DNA of 64,000 nucleotides from an uncultured Gemmatimonadales bacterium (GCA_963793305.1 CAWBZV010000003.1:608001-672000); one strand, 5' to 3'; shown: positions 9,412-18,721, counted from the stretch's first letter. The notes: generated by a model not told the origin, from the sequence alone. Translations and numbers: made by a program.

Positions 9412-10397
9412 GAGCGCTCGTCACCGGCGCGACGGGATTCGTTGGAGCGGCAGTCGCTCGCCGACTCCTCGCGAGCGGACACACCGTGCGCGTGCTGGCG
9501 CGGCCGCACGCCGATCGCCGCAATCTCCAACACCTCGACGTCGAGGTAGTTGCGGGAGATCTCGCGGACGCCCAGTCGGTCGAGAATGCGGTCAAAGGCT
9601 GTCAGGCGGTATTTCACGTCGCAGCCGATTATCGGCTGTGGGTGCCCGACCCGCGTTCGATGTACGCGACCAACGTCGACGGAACGCGTGCGGTATTGCA
9701 GGCAGCCATGAAGAGTGGAGTCGACCGTATCGTCTATACGAGTAGCGTCGCGACGCTGGGCTACGGCTCCAACGGCCATCCCGCCGACGAAGACACGCCG
9801 TCGACGCTCGACGACATGATCGGCCACTATAAGCGGTCCAAGTTCCTGGCCGAAGAAGTCGCGCGCGAGATGGCCGCCGCGGGCGCGCCAGTCGTCATCG
9901 TCAATCCTTCGACACCTGTCGGTCCCGGTGACGTCAAACCGACACCTACCGGCCGACTCATCCGCGATGCGATCAACGGCCGGGTGCCGGCCTACGTCGA
10001 TACCGGTCTCAATGTCGTGCACGTCGACAACGTCGCGGCCGGCCATCTCCTTGCGTACGAAAAAGGCGTCATCGGCCGCCGGTACGTCTTAGGCGGAACG
10101 GACATGACGCTGCGCGAGATCTTGACCGAGTTGGCGCTCGTGTCCGGTCGCCGGCCGCCACGGTGGCGGTTATCGCACCGGGCGGTTCTGCCGATTGCGT
10201 ATATCGCCGAAGGCTGGGCGCATGTGAGTGGTCGGGAACCGCTGGCCACGGTCGACGGTGTGCGATTATCGGCGAAGTCTATGTATTTTTCGAGTGCGCG
10301 GGCCGTGCGCGACCTGGGCTATGCGCCGGGCGATGCGCGGGCGGCGCTCAAAGCCGCGGCAGAGTGGTTTCGACGAGGGGCAGGCGTATGGACTTGA
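9408..10397 (+). CDS. hpnA: Hopanoid-associated sugar epimerase HpnA (NAD-dependent epimerase/dehydratase)
   Basis: LVTGATGFVG, HVAADYRLWVPDP, YKRSK and NPSTPVGPGDVKPTPTG motifs. Confidence 0.92.
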   Translation: MRALVTGATGFVGAAVARRLLASGHTVRVLARPHADRRNLQHLDVEVVAGDLADAQSVENAVKGCQAVFHVAADYRLWVPDPRSMYATNVDGTRAVLQAAMKSGVDRIVYTSSVATLGYGSNGHPADEDTPSTLDDMIGHYKRSKFLAEEVAREMAAAGAPVVIVNPSTPVGPGDVKPTPTGRLIRDAINGRVPAYVDTGLNVVHVDNVAAGHLLAYEKGVIGRRYVLGGTDMTLREILTELALVSGRRPPRWRLSHRAVLPIAYIAEGWAHVSGREPLATVDGVRLSAKSMYFSSARAVRDLGYAPGDARAALKAAAEWFRRGAGVWT

Positions 10398-11323
10398 TAT
10401 TAGCGCAGCCCCGCGGCTTCTGTGCCGGCGTGGTCCGCGCGATAGAGATCGTGGAGCGGACGCTCGAAGTGCACGGGTCGCCCGTCTACGTGCTCCACGA
10501 GATCGTGCACAATCGGCGCGTGGTCGAGGATCTGGAGCAGCGGGGCGCGATCTTCGTCGAAGACCTGAACGACGTACCGGCGGGCTCCGTGCTGATCTTC
10601 AGCGCGCACGGCGTGGGGCGCAAAGTCGAAGACGACGCCGCCACTCGTGGCCTTCGGGTTCTCGATGCGACCTGCCCTCTCGTTACCAAAGTTCACCTAC
10701 AGGCCCAACGCTACGCCCGCGACGGCCGTGAGCTCATCATCGTCGGCCATGCGGGACACGTCGAGGTCTCCGGGACCCTGGGCCAGGTCGAACGGGCGCA
10801 CGTGCTGTGCACGGTCGAAGAGGTCGATCGGCTGGAAGTTGCCGATCCGGATCAGCTCGCTTACGTCACGCAGACTACGCTCAGCCTTGATGATACGAGG
10901 GAAGTGGTCGACGCCCTCAAGGCCAGGTTTCCGACCATCAAGGGACCTGGGCTGGACGATATCTGCTATGCCACGCAGAACCGGCAAAATGCCGTCAAAG
11001 AGCTGAGCGCTACGGCGAATGTTCTGCTTGTGGTCGGGGCCAGGAACAGTTCCAATTCCAACCGGCTTCGTGAAGTCGGCGCCCACCTCGGGGTGCCGTC
11101 ATATTTGATCGAGGGCGCCAAGGACATCGATCCGGCGTGGCTGCCGTCCAACGGTGGAAAGGTGGCGATCACAGCCGGGGCATCGACGCCCGAGGTGCTC
11201 GTGGACCAGGTGATCGAGCGGTTGCGCTCGATGGGAATCGGGTCGATCTCGACGATCGACGGCGTGAAAGAGACGACGACTTTTCGGTTGCCAGCCGAAT
11301 TGATTGATATGGAGATCGCGTGA
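10388..11323 (+). CDS. ispH: 4-hydroxy-3-methylbut-2-enyl diphosphate reductase
   Basis: PRGFCAGV, EIVHN, SAHG, DATCPLV, ICYATQNRQ, SSNS and TAGASTP motifs; start at ATG 10388. Confidence 0.97.
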   Translation: MDLILAQPRGFCAGVVRAIEIVERTLEVHGSPVYVLHEIVHNRRVVEDLEQRGAIFVEDLNDVPAGSVLIFSAHGVGRKVEDDAATRGLRVLDATCPLVTKVHLQAQRYARDGRELIIVGHAGHVEVSGTLGQVERAHVLCTVEEVDRLEVADPDQLAYVTQTTLSLDDTREVVDALKARFPTIKGPGLDDICYATQNRQNAVKELSATANVLLVVGARNSSNSNRLREVGAHLGVPSYLIEGAKDIDPAWLPSNGGKVAITAGASTPEVLVDQVIERLRSMGIGSISTIDGVKETTTFRLPAELIDMEIA

Positions 11324-11324
11324 T

Positions 11325-12425
11325 ATGGGAATTCCATTTGCGGCGCAAGCGCGCATTGCACGATACGTCGTGGGCAAGAAGCTCAAGGGCGAGAAGCGAT
11401 TCCCCCTCGTGCTCATGCTCGAACCGCTGTTTCAGTGCAATCTCGAGTGCAGTGGGTGCGGCAAGATCGCGTACTCGAACGATATTCTGCGCCAACGACT
11501 GACCGTCCAAGAATGCTTGGACGCCGTCGATGAGTGCGGCGCGCCAGTAGTCGCGATTCCCGGCGGTGAGCCGCTCATTCACAAGGACATGCCGGAGATC
11601 GTGAACAAGATTCTGGCGAAGGGGAAATTGGTCTCCCTGTGCACCAACGCCATCTTGCTCGCCAAGCGCCTTGACGAATTTACGCCGTCGCCGTTCTTGA
11701 TGTTCTCCGTGCACTTGGACGGGTTGCAGGAGCGCCACGACGCGTCCGTCTGCCGCGACGGGGTATTCGACAAGGCCGTGACGGCGATTCGGTTGGCCCG
11801 TCGTCGCGGATTCCGCGTCTCGATCAATTGCACGCTGTTCCAGGGCGAGGATCCGGACAAAGTCGCGCAGTTCCTGGATTTCGTCACGGACGATCTGGGC
11901 GTCGAGGGCATTACGCTGTCGCCCGGATACAGCTACGAGAAAGCGCCTCGCCATGACGTCTTCCTCGGGCGCAACGAGAGCAAGAAGCTGTTCCGCGAGA
12001 TCTTCAAGCGCGGCCAGGGCCGGAAGAAGGGCTGGCCGATGACCGACTCCACACTCTTCCTCGATTTCCTCGCGGGCAATCAGCCGTACGAGTGCACGCC
12101 GTGGAGCACGCCGACGCGCAACGTGTTCGGCTGGCAGAAGCCGTGCTATCTCCTCGTCAACGAGGGCTACGCGCCGTCGTTCAAGGCCCTCATGGACGAC
12201 ACGGACTGGGACAACTACGGCACGGGCAAGAATCCCAAGTGCGACAACTGCATGGCGCACTGCGGGTACGAGGGATCGGCGGTTGACGATGTCTTCGCGC
12301 ATCCAGTCAAAGCGATGCTCGTCTCGCTGCGCGGCCCGCGCACCGAGGGGCCGTTCGCGCCCGATCCCGAGATCAAGTACAAGCAAACCGGTCGTCAGCC
12401 GCTCCCGGTCAGAAAATCGAGCTGA
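11325..12425 (+). CDS. hpnH: Adenosylhopane synthase radical SAM protein HpnH
   Basis: FPLVLMLEPLFQCNLECSGCGKI, IPGGEPL, RNVFGWQKPCYLL and CDNCMAHCGYE motifs; start ATG 11325. Confidence 0.95.
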   Translation: MGIPFAAQARIARYVVGKKLKGEKRFPLVLMLEPLFQCNLECSGCGKIAYSNDILRQRLTVQECLDAVDECGAPVVAIPGGEPLIHKDMPEIVNKILAKGKLVSLCTNAILLAKRLDEFTPSPFLMFSVHLDGLQERHDASVCRDGVFDKAVTAIRLARRRGFRVSINCTLFQGEDPDKVAQFLDFVTDDLGVEGITLSPGYSYEKAPRHDVFLGRNESKKLFREIFKRGQGRKKGWPMTDSTLFLDFLAGNQPYECTPWSTPTRNVFGWQKPCYLLVNEGYAPSFKALMDDTDWDNYGTGKNPKCDNCMAHCGYEGSAVDDVFAHPVKAMLVSLRGPRTEGPFAPDPEIKYKQTGRQPLPVRKSS

Positions 12426-13501
12426 TCGCTGCCGCGGCCTTCGGGCTCTGGCTGATCGTCCTCCTCGCACCATGGCGCGCGTGGAGTACGGTCGAGCGCT
12501 TGGATGCTGATCCGTCCACGGCGTCTTTGCGCCACGATGATGTAACGGCACTCGTCCCCGCACGCGACGAAGCACCGACGGTCGCTCGCACGGTGGGCGC
12601 GCTCATGGCGCAAGGTGTCGGACGAGTTGTCGTCATTGATGACGGGTCGTCCGACGACACCGCGACCCGCGCGCAGCACGCTGGTGCGGAGGTCATCTCC
12701 GGCGAACCGTTACCCGCCGGATGGGTTGGCAAGCTGTGGGCGCTGGAGCAGGGCCGCCGCACGGTATCGACGCCGTTGACGCTCCTCGTCGACGCGGACA
12801 TTGAGCTCGCACCCGGCACCGTGTCGGCACTGCGTCAACGCCAGCGCGAAGGCTTTGCCTTGGTGTCCCTGATGGCCGTGCTGGAGATGGAATCCGCGTG
12901 GGAAAAATTGTTGATTCCCGCGTTCGTCTACTTCTTCAAGCTGTTGTACCCGTTTCGTCTATCGAATAGTCGCGGCACGATCGTGGCGGCCGCGGCCGGT
13001 GGCTGCGTGCTCATCGAGACCGCCAGACTGGAGTTCGCCTCATTCCGTAGCGCGATCATCGATGACTGCGCCCTGGCGAGGTCGGTGAAACGAGGCGGCG
13101 GACGAACGTGGCTCGGCCTCACGCACTCGGCCTTGAGCCAGCGTGCCATGCATGGCCTCAAGCCGATATGGTCAATGGTCGCGCGCTCGGCGTTCGCCCA
13201 GCTCAAGTACTCGACGCTATTGCTCCTCGCCTGTATCGCGATGCTGGTTCTGGCCTTCTGGGTTCCAGTCCTCGGCGTATTCGACCCGCATACGCGGTGG
13301 ACCGCATGCGCGGCGTTGGCCACGATGATGGCCACGTACATCCCGGTCCTGCGTTTCTACGGCCGCTCGCCCGCCTGGGCGCTCGCGCTCCCGCTGGCCG
13401 GAACGCTCTACTTGGCGATGACGATCACCTCAGCCATTCGCGGCTGGGGCGGCGTGCGGTCGAGGTGGAAAGGACGCGACTATCCGTCTTCCGCAATGTA
13501 G
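12422..13501 (+). CDS. hpnB: Hopene-associated GT2 glycosyltransferase HpnB-like; proposed CTG start
   Basis: VPARDEA, DDGSSDDT, LPAGWVGKLWA, DAD, LIPAFVYFFKLLYPF and IIDDCALA motifs; frame extends upstream of 12500 with hydrophobic LIAAAAFGLWLIVLLAPW from CTG 12422. Confidence 0.82.
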   Translation: MIAAAAFGLWLIVLLAPWRAWSTVERLDADPSTASLRHDDVTALVPARDEAPTVARTVGALMAQGVGRVVVIDDGSSDDTATRAQHAGAEVISGEPLPAGWVGKLWALEQGRRTVSTPLTLLVDADIELAPGTVSALRQRQREGFALVSLMAVLEMESAWEKLLIPAFVYFFKLLYPFRLSNSRGTIVAAAAGGCVLIETARLEFASFRSAIIDDCALARSVKRGGGRTWLGLTHSALSQRAMHGLKPIWSMVARSAFAQLKYSTLLLLACIAMLVLAFWVPVLGVFDPHTRWTACAALATMMATYIPVLRFYGRSPAWALALPLAGTLYLAMTITSAIRGWGGVRSRWKGRDYPSSAM

Positions 13502-13546
13502 GGAAACATCGTATCATGTGGCCCCAGCAAGACGAGGTCGCTTGAC

Positions 13547-14503
13547 GTGTCCGTGACATTTACGCCGACTGACCTCAAGAGGATGGAATCGGCAGCCGAG
13601 GCGCTGCTGACTCCGCTCGCGCACGAGCGAGTTGATGATTGGCGGCGGACGGTCACGCGGACCATCAAGCGCGCGCTCGATTGCGACGGCGCAATGTTCA
13701 CGCTCGTCCCGGCGATCGAGGCCGGCGCGGATCCGACGTTCAGCGAAGATGGGTTCGCGGCCGCGTTTCCCTTGATACCACCGCCCGCCGACATCCCCGT
13801 CTTCGACGACGATCAGTTCGCCGGTATGCAGGCCATCTGCCGCTCGAGCGAAGGCCTGGGCGTCGTTGTCGTGACGCGCGATCGCGGCGGCGTGCAGCCG
13901 TTCGGCGAGAAAGCACTGGCCATGCTGCGGTTGCTACAGCCCGCGCTCGCGGTGGGCATCGAGATGCGACAGCGCTTCGCGCGGCGGAGGGCCGAGTTCC
14001 TGCGCGTGCTCGATGCGATGCGCGAGGGGCTCATGCTCGTCGAGGCGAGCGGGCGCGTGCTCCACGAGACGCCGGCGATCATGCGGATGCTGATCGATGA
14101 GTGGGAGCGCGATCGCGTCCGGACCGCGATGCTCGCCTGTGCGCGCAGTCTCTCGCAAGCGCGCCGCGCCATTGTCTCGGAGCTGCGCACGGCGCAACAC
14201 CGGTACCGCATCCGCGGCTGCTACGCCGGCGAAGAGCTCGCGGGGTCATCGACCGTGCTCGTGGCCATCGAGCGCGTCGGCCCCGCGCCCACACCGGACG
14301 ACTCGGCCCTCAAGCTCAGGTTTGGCCTGACGCCACGGGAGATCCAGGTCACGCGGCTCCTGGCCGCCGGTCGCCGAAATGATGACGTCGCAGCGTCTTT
14401 GCAGATCAGCCCGCATACGGCCCGCCGACATACCGAGCGCGTGCTCGCCAAGTTGGGGGCCTCCTCCCGCGCGGCCGTCGGGGCACTGCTCCGGGGCGCC
14501 TAG
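13547..14503 (+). CDS. LuxR-type helix-turn-helix transcriptional regulator with N-terminal sensory region
   Basis: C-terminal GLTPREIQVTRLLAAGRRNDDVAASLQISPHTARRHTERVLAKLG. Confidence 0.85.
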   Translation: MSVTFTPTDLKRMESAAEALLTPLAHERVDDWRRTVTRTIKRALDCDGAMFTLVPAIEAGADPTFSEDGFAAAFPLIPPPADIPVFDDDQFAGMQAICRSSEGLGVVVVTRDRGGVQPFGEKALAMLRLLQPALAVGIEMRQRFARRRAEFLRVLDAMREGLMLVEASGRVLHETPAIMRMLIDEWERDRVRTAMLACARSLSQARRAIVSELRTAQHRYRIRGCYAGEELAGSSTVLVAIERVGPAPTPDDSALKLRFGLTPREIQVTRLLAAGRRNDDVAASLQISPHTARRHTERVLAKLGASSRAAVGALLRGA

Positions 14504-14575
14504 CGAGGCGTAGACGAGCGTAGTCCAACCGACCAGAATTCGAGCAGCGCGAAGCGCATGCGTCGAATTTCCTAG
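14500..14575 (+). repeat. Dispersed multi-hairpin repeat, copy 2 (CTAG-bounded)
   Basis: GTCCAACCGACCAG...TCGAGCAGCGC-GAA-GCGC...TCGA; CTAG at 14500 and 14572. Confidence 0.8.
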
Positions 14576-14629
14576 TTTGAGAGCAAGGTTTTGGTCGTTC
14601 CGGTGCGCCGGAGTGGTGATCTTCGTTCC

Positions 14630-15676
14630 ATGATCAAACCAACCCAGATGACCAATGACGAGCGGTGGACCGCGTTTGCGACCCGGGACCGCTCCTTCGA
14701 CGGTGCGTTTGTCATGGCCGTGCGGACGACGGGCGTCTATTGCCGCCCGAGCTGTCCGGCGCGGCGACCGCACCGGCACAATACCCAGTTCTTCGACACG
14801 CCGACCGAGGCCGAGCAGGCGGGCTTCCGGCCGTGTCGGCGCTGCCGGCCGCACGCGGCCGATGGCGCGCCCATCGAGCGCAGCGTCCAGGCCGCGCGCG
14901 AGTATCTCGATGCGAGAGTCGGCCAGCGCGTCCCGCTGGCCCGGCTCGGAAAGGCCGTGGGCTTGAGCCCGTGGCACGTCCAGCGCGCGTTCACGCGGCT
15001 GGTCGGCGTTTCGCCAAAGGCGTACCAGGAAGCGCGGCAGCGAGAGCGCTTCAAGAGCGATCTGCGCAAGGGCGCGAGTGTGGGCCGCGCGACGTATGGC
15101 CGCGAGGCGACGGAGATCGGCATGCGGCCGGGGTCGTATCGGCGTGGCGGGCGTGGCGTGACGATTCGCTATGCGGTCGTGCCGTCGGCGCTCGGGTTCT
15201 TGCTCGTCGGCATGACTGATCGCGGGGTCGCGACGGTGATGCTCGACGACACAGTGCAGGCACTGGAGGCCACGCTTCGCTACGAGTATCCCGAGGCGAC
15301 GCTCGTGCGCGACGAATCGGGTGTCGCGGCGACCGCCATGGCGATCGTCGAGTCTATCGAGCGCGGCAACGGTCTCTCGGCGCTCCCATTGGACCTGCGC
15401 GGAACCGCGTTCCAAATGCGCGTGTGGGCTGCGCTCAGGGAAATTCCGCCGGGCGCGACTCGCACGTACAGCGAAATCGCCCAAGCGATCGGGAGTCCCA
15501 AAGCTGTGCGTGCGGTTGCCGGTGCGTGTGCGGCGAACCCTGCCGCGATCGTCGTGCCGTGTCACCGCGTCGTGCGCACGGACGGCGGGAAAGGTGGTTA
15601 CAAGTGGGGCGTCGAGCGAAAGAACCGGTTGCTCGACCTCGAAGCTACATCGTCATCTCGCCGGGTAAAGGCGTAG
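14630..15676 (+). CDS. ada: Bifunctional Ada regulator / O6-methylguanine-DNA methyltransferase
   Basis: TTGVYCRPSC...GFRPCRRC Zn domain; GTAFQMRVW and VPCHRVV methyltransferase motifs; start ATG 14630. Confidence 0.93.
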   Translation: MIKPTQMTNDERWTAFATRDRSFDGAFVMAVRTTGVYCRPSCPARRPHRHNTQFFDTPTEAEQAGFRPCRRCRPHAADGAPIERSVQAAREYLDARVGQRVPLARLGKAVGLSPWHVQRAFTRLVGVSPKAYQEARQRERFKSDLRKGASVGRATYGREATEIGMRPGSYRRGGRGVTIRYAVVPSALGFLLVGMTDRGVATVMLDDTVQALEATLRYEYPEATLVRDESGVAATAMAIVESIERGNGLSALPLDLRGTAFQMRVWAALREIPPGATRTYSEIAQAIGSPKAVRAVAGACAANPAAIVVPCHRVVRTDGGKGGYKWGVERKNRLLDLEATSSSRRVKA

Positions 15677-16541
15677 CGACGAGAATCGCCGTCGCCAACA
15701 ACACGAGCGCGCCGAGGATTAACTCGGCGCGCGCCGAGTTTCGGAGCGCATGTTGCTCTCCGCCGGCGAGTTTCGGGGTAGCCCAGCGCCAGTTGTAGGC
15801 TCCCACCGCTGCTACTCCCGCGACTAGCGCGAGTTTGATACAGAGCGTGCGACCGTAGGTCGAGCCGAGCACGGCGGACCAGGTGCCGATGTGAACGTAG
15901 GCCGCCCAGAGGCCGGTGATGGCGAGCGTGCTCGCCGAGATCAGTGCGACTGGGGAGAAGGCTCGCACACATGCCAGTGCACCTTCATGGCGAGGAAGAA
16001 TCACGACGAGCGCGAATACGAAGAGGGTGCCGAGCCACGTGCTGGCGGCCGCCACATGGAGCGCATCCGCCGCGATGGTCACGACCCGGTGCGACTGATC
16101 GCCCATGGCGTGTCCCGCGAGCGACGGCGTCAACGCCAGTCCCGCCGCGAGTACGAGCGTCACCGGCCAGGCACGCCTGGCGAGCGACCACCACGCGGCC
16201 ACCGCGAGCGCGACCTGCGCGATCCAGATGCGGCCCCATTCTGTGTGCAGCAACATGGCGCCGACGAATGCGCGCTTGTCGTCCATCGTCCCCGTCGGAT
16301 CCACGAGGCTCGCGTACTGATCCCACCCGCGAACCATTGCACCGAGGATCAATAGGACCGCCGCCCATGTCCCAAGGCGCGCCGCGCTTCGCGCGAGCGC
16401 GTCTTTGTCAGCGACTCCCGCGCGGCTCAGCGTTCCGTAATAGAAGGCGACGGCGCCGATAACGGTCGTCAGGCCAATGAAGGTCAGCCAACGGCCAATG
16501 TCGCCAACCAGCGTTCCACTGCTCAGCGTGCCACCGCTCAG
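15645..16541 (-). CDS. copD: Copper resistance CopD-family membrane protein; proposed CTG start
   Basis: TEWGRIW, LAGHA, DALHVAAASTWLGTL, FSPVA and STYGRTLCIKL motifs; frame continues 63 codons upstream of 16352 to CTG overlapping the copC stop. Confidence 0.82.
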   Translation of the reverse strand: MSGGTLSSGTLVGDIGRWLTFIGLTTVIGAVAFYYGTLSRAGVADKDALARSAARLGTWAAVLLILGAMVRGWDQYASLVDPTGTMDDKRAFVGAMLLHTEWGRIWIAQVALAVAAWWSLARRAWPVTLVLAAGLALTPSLAGHAMGDQSHRVVTIAADALHVAAASTWLGTLFVFALVVILPRHEGALACVRAFSPVALISASTLAITGLWAAYVHIGTWSAVLGSTYGRTLCIKLALVAGVAAVGAYNWRWATPKLAGGEQHALRNSARAELILGALVLLATAILVATPLPGEMTM

Positions 16542-16891
16542 TGCGAGACGACGAAGTTGAAACTTCCCGACGACGGATGCCCGTCCATGGCCGTCGAGCG
16601 CCAGGTGACCGTGTAGGCACCCTTCGCGATCTGCCCACGAACGGCGGCGACCAGCGGAGCGTGCGCGCCAGTGTCGACCGCGAGCGGCGCCAACTGCACG
16701 GCGGTGCCCGAGGCAGTCGCGAGTTTGACGGTTGTCACGGCGACCTCAGGCCGCTCGGAGAACCAGAACTTGATCGCCGCGGGCGCCGTCGCGACGGTAT
16801 CGTTCGCGGATGGCTCCGAGCGCAGCAGGTGCAGGTGCGCGGATGTATGCAGCGTCAAAGCAGCCAGCAAATATTGAATAAGAAGCGTCAT
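16538..16891 (-). CDS. copC: Copper resistance CopC-family periplasmic protein
   Basis: Signal peptide then AHLHLLRSEPSAND, FSERPE and YTVTWRSTAMDGHPSSGSFNF; ATG at 16891. Confidence 0.9.
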   Translation of the reverse strand: MTLLIQYLLAALTLHTSAHLHLLRSEPSANDTVATAPAAIKFWFSERPEVAVTTVKLATASGTAVQLAPLAVDTGAHAPLVAAVRGQIAKGAYTVTWRSTAMDGHPSSGSFNFVVSH

Positions 16892-16909
16892 GAGTGAACA
16901 GTAATAGAA

Positions 16910-18067
16910 ATGACGAGCGGATCGTATGACGCCGAGGTCGGCGTTGTTGGCGGCGGACCGGCGGGCGCGCGAGTGGCCGAACGTTTGGCGGCGCGGGGTG
17001 TCGACGTCCTGCTCTGGGATCCGCGAGCGCCGTGGGAGAAACCATGCGGCGGTGGGCTCACGGCTGCGCTCACGGATGCCGTGCCGGAGATCGCCGAAGT
17101 GCTCCCGCGGGCGCGGGCGATTGACCACGTGCGCATCACGACGGATCAAGATGTTCCGCCGCTCGAACTCGAGCTGCGCCGGCCGATTCACATCATCGCC
17201 CGCCACACGCTTGGCGCCTGGCAACTCGACCGCGCTCGCACGGCCGGCGCGCACGTGACCGTTGCGGCCGTGCGCGCGCCGGTTCGCGAAGCACAAGGCG
17301 GTTGGTCCGTCTCCGACGCGCGCGTGCGTTTCCTGATCGGAGCCGATGGCGCCGCGAGTACGGTGAGAGCGGCCGCGGCGCCCAGATTGCGCGTTGCGCT
17401 GGAGCCGACCCGATTGGCCTACGTGCCAACCAGCGGCGGCGGCGATCGTGAAATGGTGCTGCGATTCGAGCGCGGGATCGACGGCTACGCCTGGGACTTT
17501 CCGCGCCCGGACCATCGCTCGGTCGGCGCCGTCGCCGCGCCCGGCAGCACCGGTGGCACGCGGGCGCGGCTCGACTCGGCCGTCGCAGCCATCGCCCCAC
17601 CTGGGGGACAGCATGGCGCCGTCGTCGGGTCCGCGCTCTATCCGATGCGCCGCGGATATCCCGAGATCGGCGGCGACGACTTCGCGCTCCTGGGCGACGC
17701 GGCCGGCTTGGCTGATCCGGCCACCGGCGAGGGCATCGCCAACGCCCTCCGCTCGGCTGACTGGGCCGCTGAGATTTTTCTGCGCGACCGATCGTTTCGT
17801 CGGTATGGCGCGCTCGTCGCGGCACGGCTCGGCGCCGAGCTCCGGGACGCGCGATGGTTGAGGTACCTGTTGTATACACGTGGGTACGCCGTGCGACTCG
17901 TGGTTGGCGCACGCGGGCGACCCAGTTTCTTACGGATCAGCGAGGCGCTGATCAACGGCGCGAACGAGCATCGGTCGTTCGCCTGGCAAGTCGTGCACGC
18001 GCTGCTGGCCGCGGCGCTGGGACGGCGTAAATTCGGATTAACTCCAAACGGAGGCAGCGCGAGATGA
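16910..18067 (+). CDS. Geranylgeranyl reductase-family FAD-dependent oxidoreductase
   Basis: VVGGGPAG, WEKPCGGG, IGADGAAS, GYAWDFP and GDAAGLADPATGEGI motifs. Confidence 0.85.
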   Translation: MTSGSYDAEVGVVGGGPAGARVAERLAARGVDVLLWDPRAPWEKPCGGGLTAALTDAVPEIAEVLPRARAIDHVRITTDQDVPPLELELRRPIHIIARHTLGAWQLDRARTAGAHVTVAAVRAPVREAQGGWSVSDARVRFLIGADGAASTVRAAAAPRLRVALEPTRLAYVPTSGGGDREMVLRFERGIDGYAWDFPRPDHRSVGAVAAPGSTGGTRARLDSAVAAIAPPGGQHGAVVGSALYPMRRGYPEIGGDDFALLGDAAGLADPATGEGIANALRSADWAAEIFLRDRSFRRYGALVAARLGAELRDARWLRYLLYTRGYAVRLVVGARGRPSFLRISEALINGANEHRSFAWQVVHALLAAALGRRKFGLTPNGGSAR

Positions 18068-18708
18068 GACCTGTGGCGGTGCTCTTGAGCCTCGTCGTGG
18101 CATCCACGGCCGGCGCCCAGGGAAGCTTCGAAGGCGTCGTGACCTATCAGATGGGAAATTCTGGTGACACGTGGCAGTACTCGGCCAAGGGCGGCAAAGT
18201 GCGCATCGACATGAGCAGCGCCCGCATGCCGGGCGGCGTCAGTGCCGTCATGGACATGGGCGCCATGACGACGACAGTCCTCATGACCCAGCAGCACATG
18301 TATATGACGATGCCGATTCCGCAGTCCGCGACCCTCCCCGACTCGGTACACGGCAGCGTCACCAAGACCGGTTCCGAGGTGATCGCCGGCGTGCCGTGCG
18401 ATGACTACGTCGGCACCGACGCCAAGGGCGCGAAGCAAGCGACGGTATGCCTGGCGCACGGCATGGGAAACTTCGTGCAGTTCGGGGCGAACAATCCCAT
18501 GATGCGGCAATACGCATCGCGCGTCTCGGGGTTTTCCGGCGCCATGAAGGGCGGCGGCTTCCCCCTCAAGATCACGAAGGAGGATGGCCAGACCACGATG
18601 ATCGCGACAAAGATCGAGAAGAAGTCGCTCGACGAGTCGCTGTTCTCGGTGCCCGCCGGATACACGCAGATGCAAATGCCCGCCGGAATGCCGGCCCCCC
18701 AGCACTAA
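18064..18708 (+). CDS. Secreted DUF4412-like protein
   Basis: Signal peptide ...AGAQGSFEGVVTY; KTGSEVIAGVPC; C-terminal LFSVPAGY. Confidence 0.7.
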   Translation: MRPVAVLLSLVVASTAGAQGSFEGVVTYQMGNSGDTWQYSAKGGKVRIDMSSARMPGGVSAVMDMGAMTTTVLMTQQHMYMTMPIPQSATLPDSVHGSVTKTGSEVIAGVPCDDYVGTDAKGAKQATVCLAHGMGNFVQFGANNPMMRQYASRVSGFSGAMKGGGFPLKITKEDGQTTMIATKIEKKSLDESLFSVPAGYTQMQMPAGMPAPQH

Positions 18709-18721
18709 CCTTGCACCCGTC

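Noticed and set aside
14574..14586. Possible Ada box (AGT-N6-GCAA) upstream of ada
   Set aside because: Too short and an imperfect match to the enterobacterial consensus; cannot be told from chance.
16892..17614. N-terminal extension of CopC in the ORF track (358 aa)
   Set aside because: It is the antisense of the GGR-family gene; the CopC signal peptide begins at ATG 16891.
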